DNA of 64,000 bases from assembly GCA_000934665.2 (NCBI GenBank), contig KZ538008.1, positions 124,001 to 188,000 of the forward strand, read 5' to 3'. The notes under the pieces are model-generated. The model did no database searches, was not told the origin of the DNA, and saw nothing but the letters and a program-made list of their open reading frames with translations. Of this stretch, positions 60,821 to 64,000 are shown in pieces. Positions within the stretch are counted from its first letter, which is position 1. Every line of letters starts with the position of its first letter. Made by a program: the position numbers and the translations under genes. Source of the stretch: Catajapyx aquilonaris (Eukaryota).

Positions 60821-61069
60821 GACTGTCATATTGTGTTCACTTGCATGTGTGTGTGTTTTGCAAATTTGTACAATTAAATATTTTAAACGTAAAATGTGCG
60901 AATTCAAATTCCCGCACCTTTTGTAGGTTCAGTGTTACGTCCACAGATGTCAGAAGCGTGCAATAAAATGATTTACGGTACTATCGTTACATACTATTTC
61001 ATCTCTTGGAAACATGTGTTTGTTGCACTTGTTTGTTGCATAGCTGCTGGATCCCTGACGTTTTTAACA

Positions 61070-62859
61070 ATGCTGTATGCCTGGGTAAGCATACATTGTA
61101 ATGGAATTGGCAGCATGCATGTCATATGTGTTTCTTCCAGGGAGCCAACAGCCATGGCCAGCTGGGGTTGGGACACAAGTCAGAGCAGTGTGAGACACCG
61201 GTACTGGTACAGTTTCATGCGGATGTTGTTGCGGTTTGTGGAGGTGGAGGACACACACTGGTTCTGGACAGGTCTGGCCAGATTCACTCCTGCGGACTGA
61301 ACAGTGAGGGGCAACTTGGGCGCGGAGGGGATGGGAGCTTGTTCCAGTCGGTTTGCATGGATAATGCGGCAAGGCAGATTGCATGTGGGTGGGATTTTAG
61401 TCTGGCTGTGACCCATGATGGGGACTTGTACAGTTGGGGGTCAAATAGGTATGGACAATTGGGCGTTGGCAACACTGTTCAGCGTAGTGACAGGCCAGTG
61501 AAGGTGCCGTTATGTGATGTAGTCAGGGTTGCAGCAGGATTGAGGCATGCGGCAGCAGTGACTTCAAGAGGAGACCTTTATGTTTGGGGCAGTGGACGCA
61601 AAGGGCAACTTGGTATTGCTCAAAATGAAGTGCCACTCCCTATCAAAGGTAGCTGGATCGTCTATGCCCCATGTTAAGGTGCCAGCAGACCAATCTAGGA
61701 AATATTTGTTGAATTCATCAAGTATTATCAATTGCCTAGTTTTTTGCCTGCAGTGTTCAGCCTGATTTATTGCAAATTACATAACTTGCAGTTCATAATT
61801 TAGGTTGCATCTGCATTTATGAAAATGTTGTGGACACTTTCCCTTGTGAACGTGTTGTGAAATCATCACTTCTGGACAGTCACTACCACACGTGGAGGCA
61901 ACAGGAGCAAGTGGAAATGAGCCTTGGCAATATTTTGATTTATGCAGACATGAGGAATTTAGTGTATAATCTCAATGGGAAAAAGCCGTTGCTGGTTTCA
62001 AAACTGAGTTACTCTTCAATCAAAACTCAAGAGTCAGGTTGCTACCGACAATAATTACCATGCTAATTCTCTGTGGTTAGTTTGACAGATTATGCTAATG
62101 TGGCTCAAGACAATAATTATTCCTTGGGTATAAATACTCCCTCCCATGTGGTTAGTTATTTTTAATAGCAGTGATTGGATTACCTGTCATCCTTTTCTGA
62201 AGCCTAGGGTGTCCATAATTTTTCTAAGGTGACAGTGAAGATCATTATGATCATTAATTGCATTTAGTTTCCAGTGTTGAAGGCATTTTACATGTAGCAT
62301 GTGGACAGCACCACACATTGGCAGTGACATGCGATGACGAAATTCATGCATGGGGCAGTAATAACTACAGACAATCTGGAGTACCTCCGTTAGCGCCTCA
62401 CGATGTGAAGGATCTCAAGTCTGGATGGAATCATGGAGTAATTCTCACAAGTAGGCTACATTTGCAATGTGGGAAACCATGTGAGAACTACAGTTCATTA
62501 ACTTGGCAGGGAACGGACAAGTAGTCACGTGGGGTCGCAACAATTTTGGACAACTTGGAAGGGATGGTGACCCAGCATCACCAATGCTAATTCAAGCCCA
62601 GTCAGGCATTCGTGAGATTGCAGTTGGTTCCGAGCACAATGTGGCATTAACTGGTGAGTTGCCAAGAGTCACTAAATCAATACCCTTTTGACATGATTGC
62701 ATTCTCATTGCAGAGAGTGGCACTGTGTTGACCTGGGGATGGAATGAGCATGGCAACTGTGGAACTGGTGATACCATGAATGTCCTCCGCCCAACTAGAA
62801 TATGTCGAATTGGTAAAATAGTAGGTTGTGGTGCTGGAACGTCCTTTTTGGCAACATAA
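61070..62859 (+). CDS. SERGEF: RCC1-repeat protein, SERGEF/DelGEF-like, 331 aa, 5 exons
   Basis: Exons 61070-61084, 61141-61648, 62268-62450, 62510-62653, 62714-62859 (996 nt, frame closes). Peptides AWGANSHGQLGLGH, GGGGHT, ACGWDFS, AAGLRHA, SGWNH, GSEHN, WGWNEHGNCG, VGCGAG follow the SERGEF pattern. Confidence 0.85.
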
Positions 62860-63060
62860 ATGAAATATATTTTAAGGATTTAATATATAAACACGTGTCT
62901 AAAATGAAACATTTATTTACACCTGTAGGAAGGCATTCTGTGATGCGCAGTTGTCACTTGCAACTCGAAACTTACACTAGTAATACTTTAAAATGTTTTG
63001 CACCCACTGTTAATGTCTTTGATAAGGCGAGGCACTTGTCCCTATATGCACAATGGGCAA

Positions 63061-64000
63061 CTACATGAAAGTGGACTGAACATTCTGAATAATCTCCTCT
63101 TCTTGAGCCATGAGATTAAGTTCAGAGCAGACAGATGGTGGCTTGGGTAGACCTCTAAGTGCCTCAGGATCCTGCAAAAAAGTAGCATTATCATCCATGC
63201 AAATCGGATCAATTTAATAAAGATACATACCACCTCCTGTCCCTCCTTCCTTGCGGCTGTGATCAAACTTAAGCTCTTCCTCTGACCTGGACTGAGCCTG
63301 GTTAAAAGCCGAGGTCCAGTGACAGCAATCCAGATGGCACCAAGAGGAGCGGTGATCAGGATAGCCAATACAGCAATGGTAAGTATCTGACGTGCATCAT
63401 GCTCCGCTTTTTCGGATGGATGGCTCATTTGGTGCACCTTGTCCAATGCCAGCGGACCTATTGCAGCCTGAAATTCCACTTGCATTAGGACACAAATACG
63501 AGCATTGATTAACATGTTAACTCACCTGCACTGTGGCCTTTGGAATCCACGCAAGGGCCATAAATATTCTCTCCCTGAGGTTCATTCCTTTCACTACTGC
63601 AAAGCTCATCAAAATTCGCACCTGCAAAGTTCAAAGTACTGCCTTGTAAACTTGTTATAAGCAGATGTACATGTAAATGTAGTGTATTGAACTTACAAAC
63701 ACGCCGCAAAACAGAACTGCTATGAGAAGGCCTACAGCCCCACCTTCGAGGCTGGAGAGGTCAATCTCTGCTCCAATGAGTCCAAACAACAATGGCTGGA
63801 ACACTGCCCAAAGTACTGCAAATTGGCCAGAAACTGCATGCTGGAATAGGAAAAGCCATATCAATTCAAGGTCTGAGGCATTGTACAATTTACTGAACAA
63901 GTCCAGGTAAATGGGACACCCATCCACATACATGTGCCTTCTCCCCTTCTCTTCTCCATCCATAAGCTCCAACACATGTGAAGAGCAGGCAAGCCAAGGC
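63061..64000 (-). CDS. SLC9B/NHA-family antiporter paralogue B, 3' part only (5' end beyond the window)
   Basis: Exons >64000-63932, 63840-63697, 63621-63526, 63467-63231, 63171-63061. Peptide WAVFQPLLFGLIGAEID..VRILMSF..ERIFMALAWIPKATVQAAIGPLALD..ILITAPLGA. The last exon is less certain. Confidence 0.92.

Overview
Eukaryotic animal DNA, most likely arthropod (short GT-AG introns, fly-like protein sequences); it is not prokaryotic, and almost all ORF-track entries are spurious. Six spliced genes could be reconstructed by hand: (1) the 5' end of discs-large (dlg1, L27/S97-type isoform, minus strand), with coding exons at 40063-40081 and 35092-35223; positions 1-35091 appear to be one >35 kb intron; (2) TMEM126 (plus, 40737-41678), head-to-head with dlg1; (3) AMMECR1 (minus, 49615-56671); (4) a complete SLC9B/NHA-type cation/H+ antiporter (plus, 58852-60793); (5) SERGEF/DelGEF-like RCC1-repeat gene (plus, 61070-62859); (6) the 3' part of a second, inverted SLC9B/NHA paralogue (minus, 63061->64000). 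Non-coding DNA holds two copies of a tRNA-derived SINE with target-site duplications, a pogo/Tigger-like MITE, long hairpins and decayed LINE fragments. Best findings: the complete NHA paralogue is intact but has lost the canonical DD ion-binding motif (now NQ) and other conserved charges, some of which its neighbour keeps; and the Dlg/TMEM126 head-to-head pair mirrors human DLG2/TMEM126B as I recall it. Family assignments come from remembered protein motifs, not database searches.
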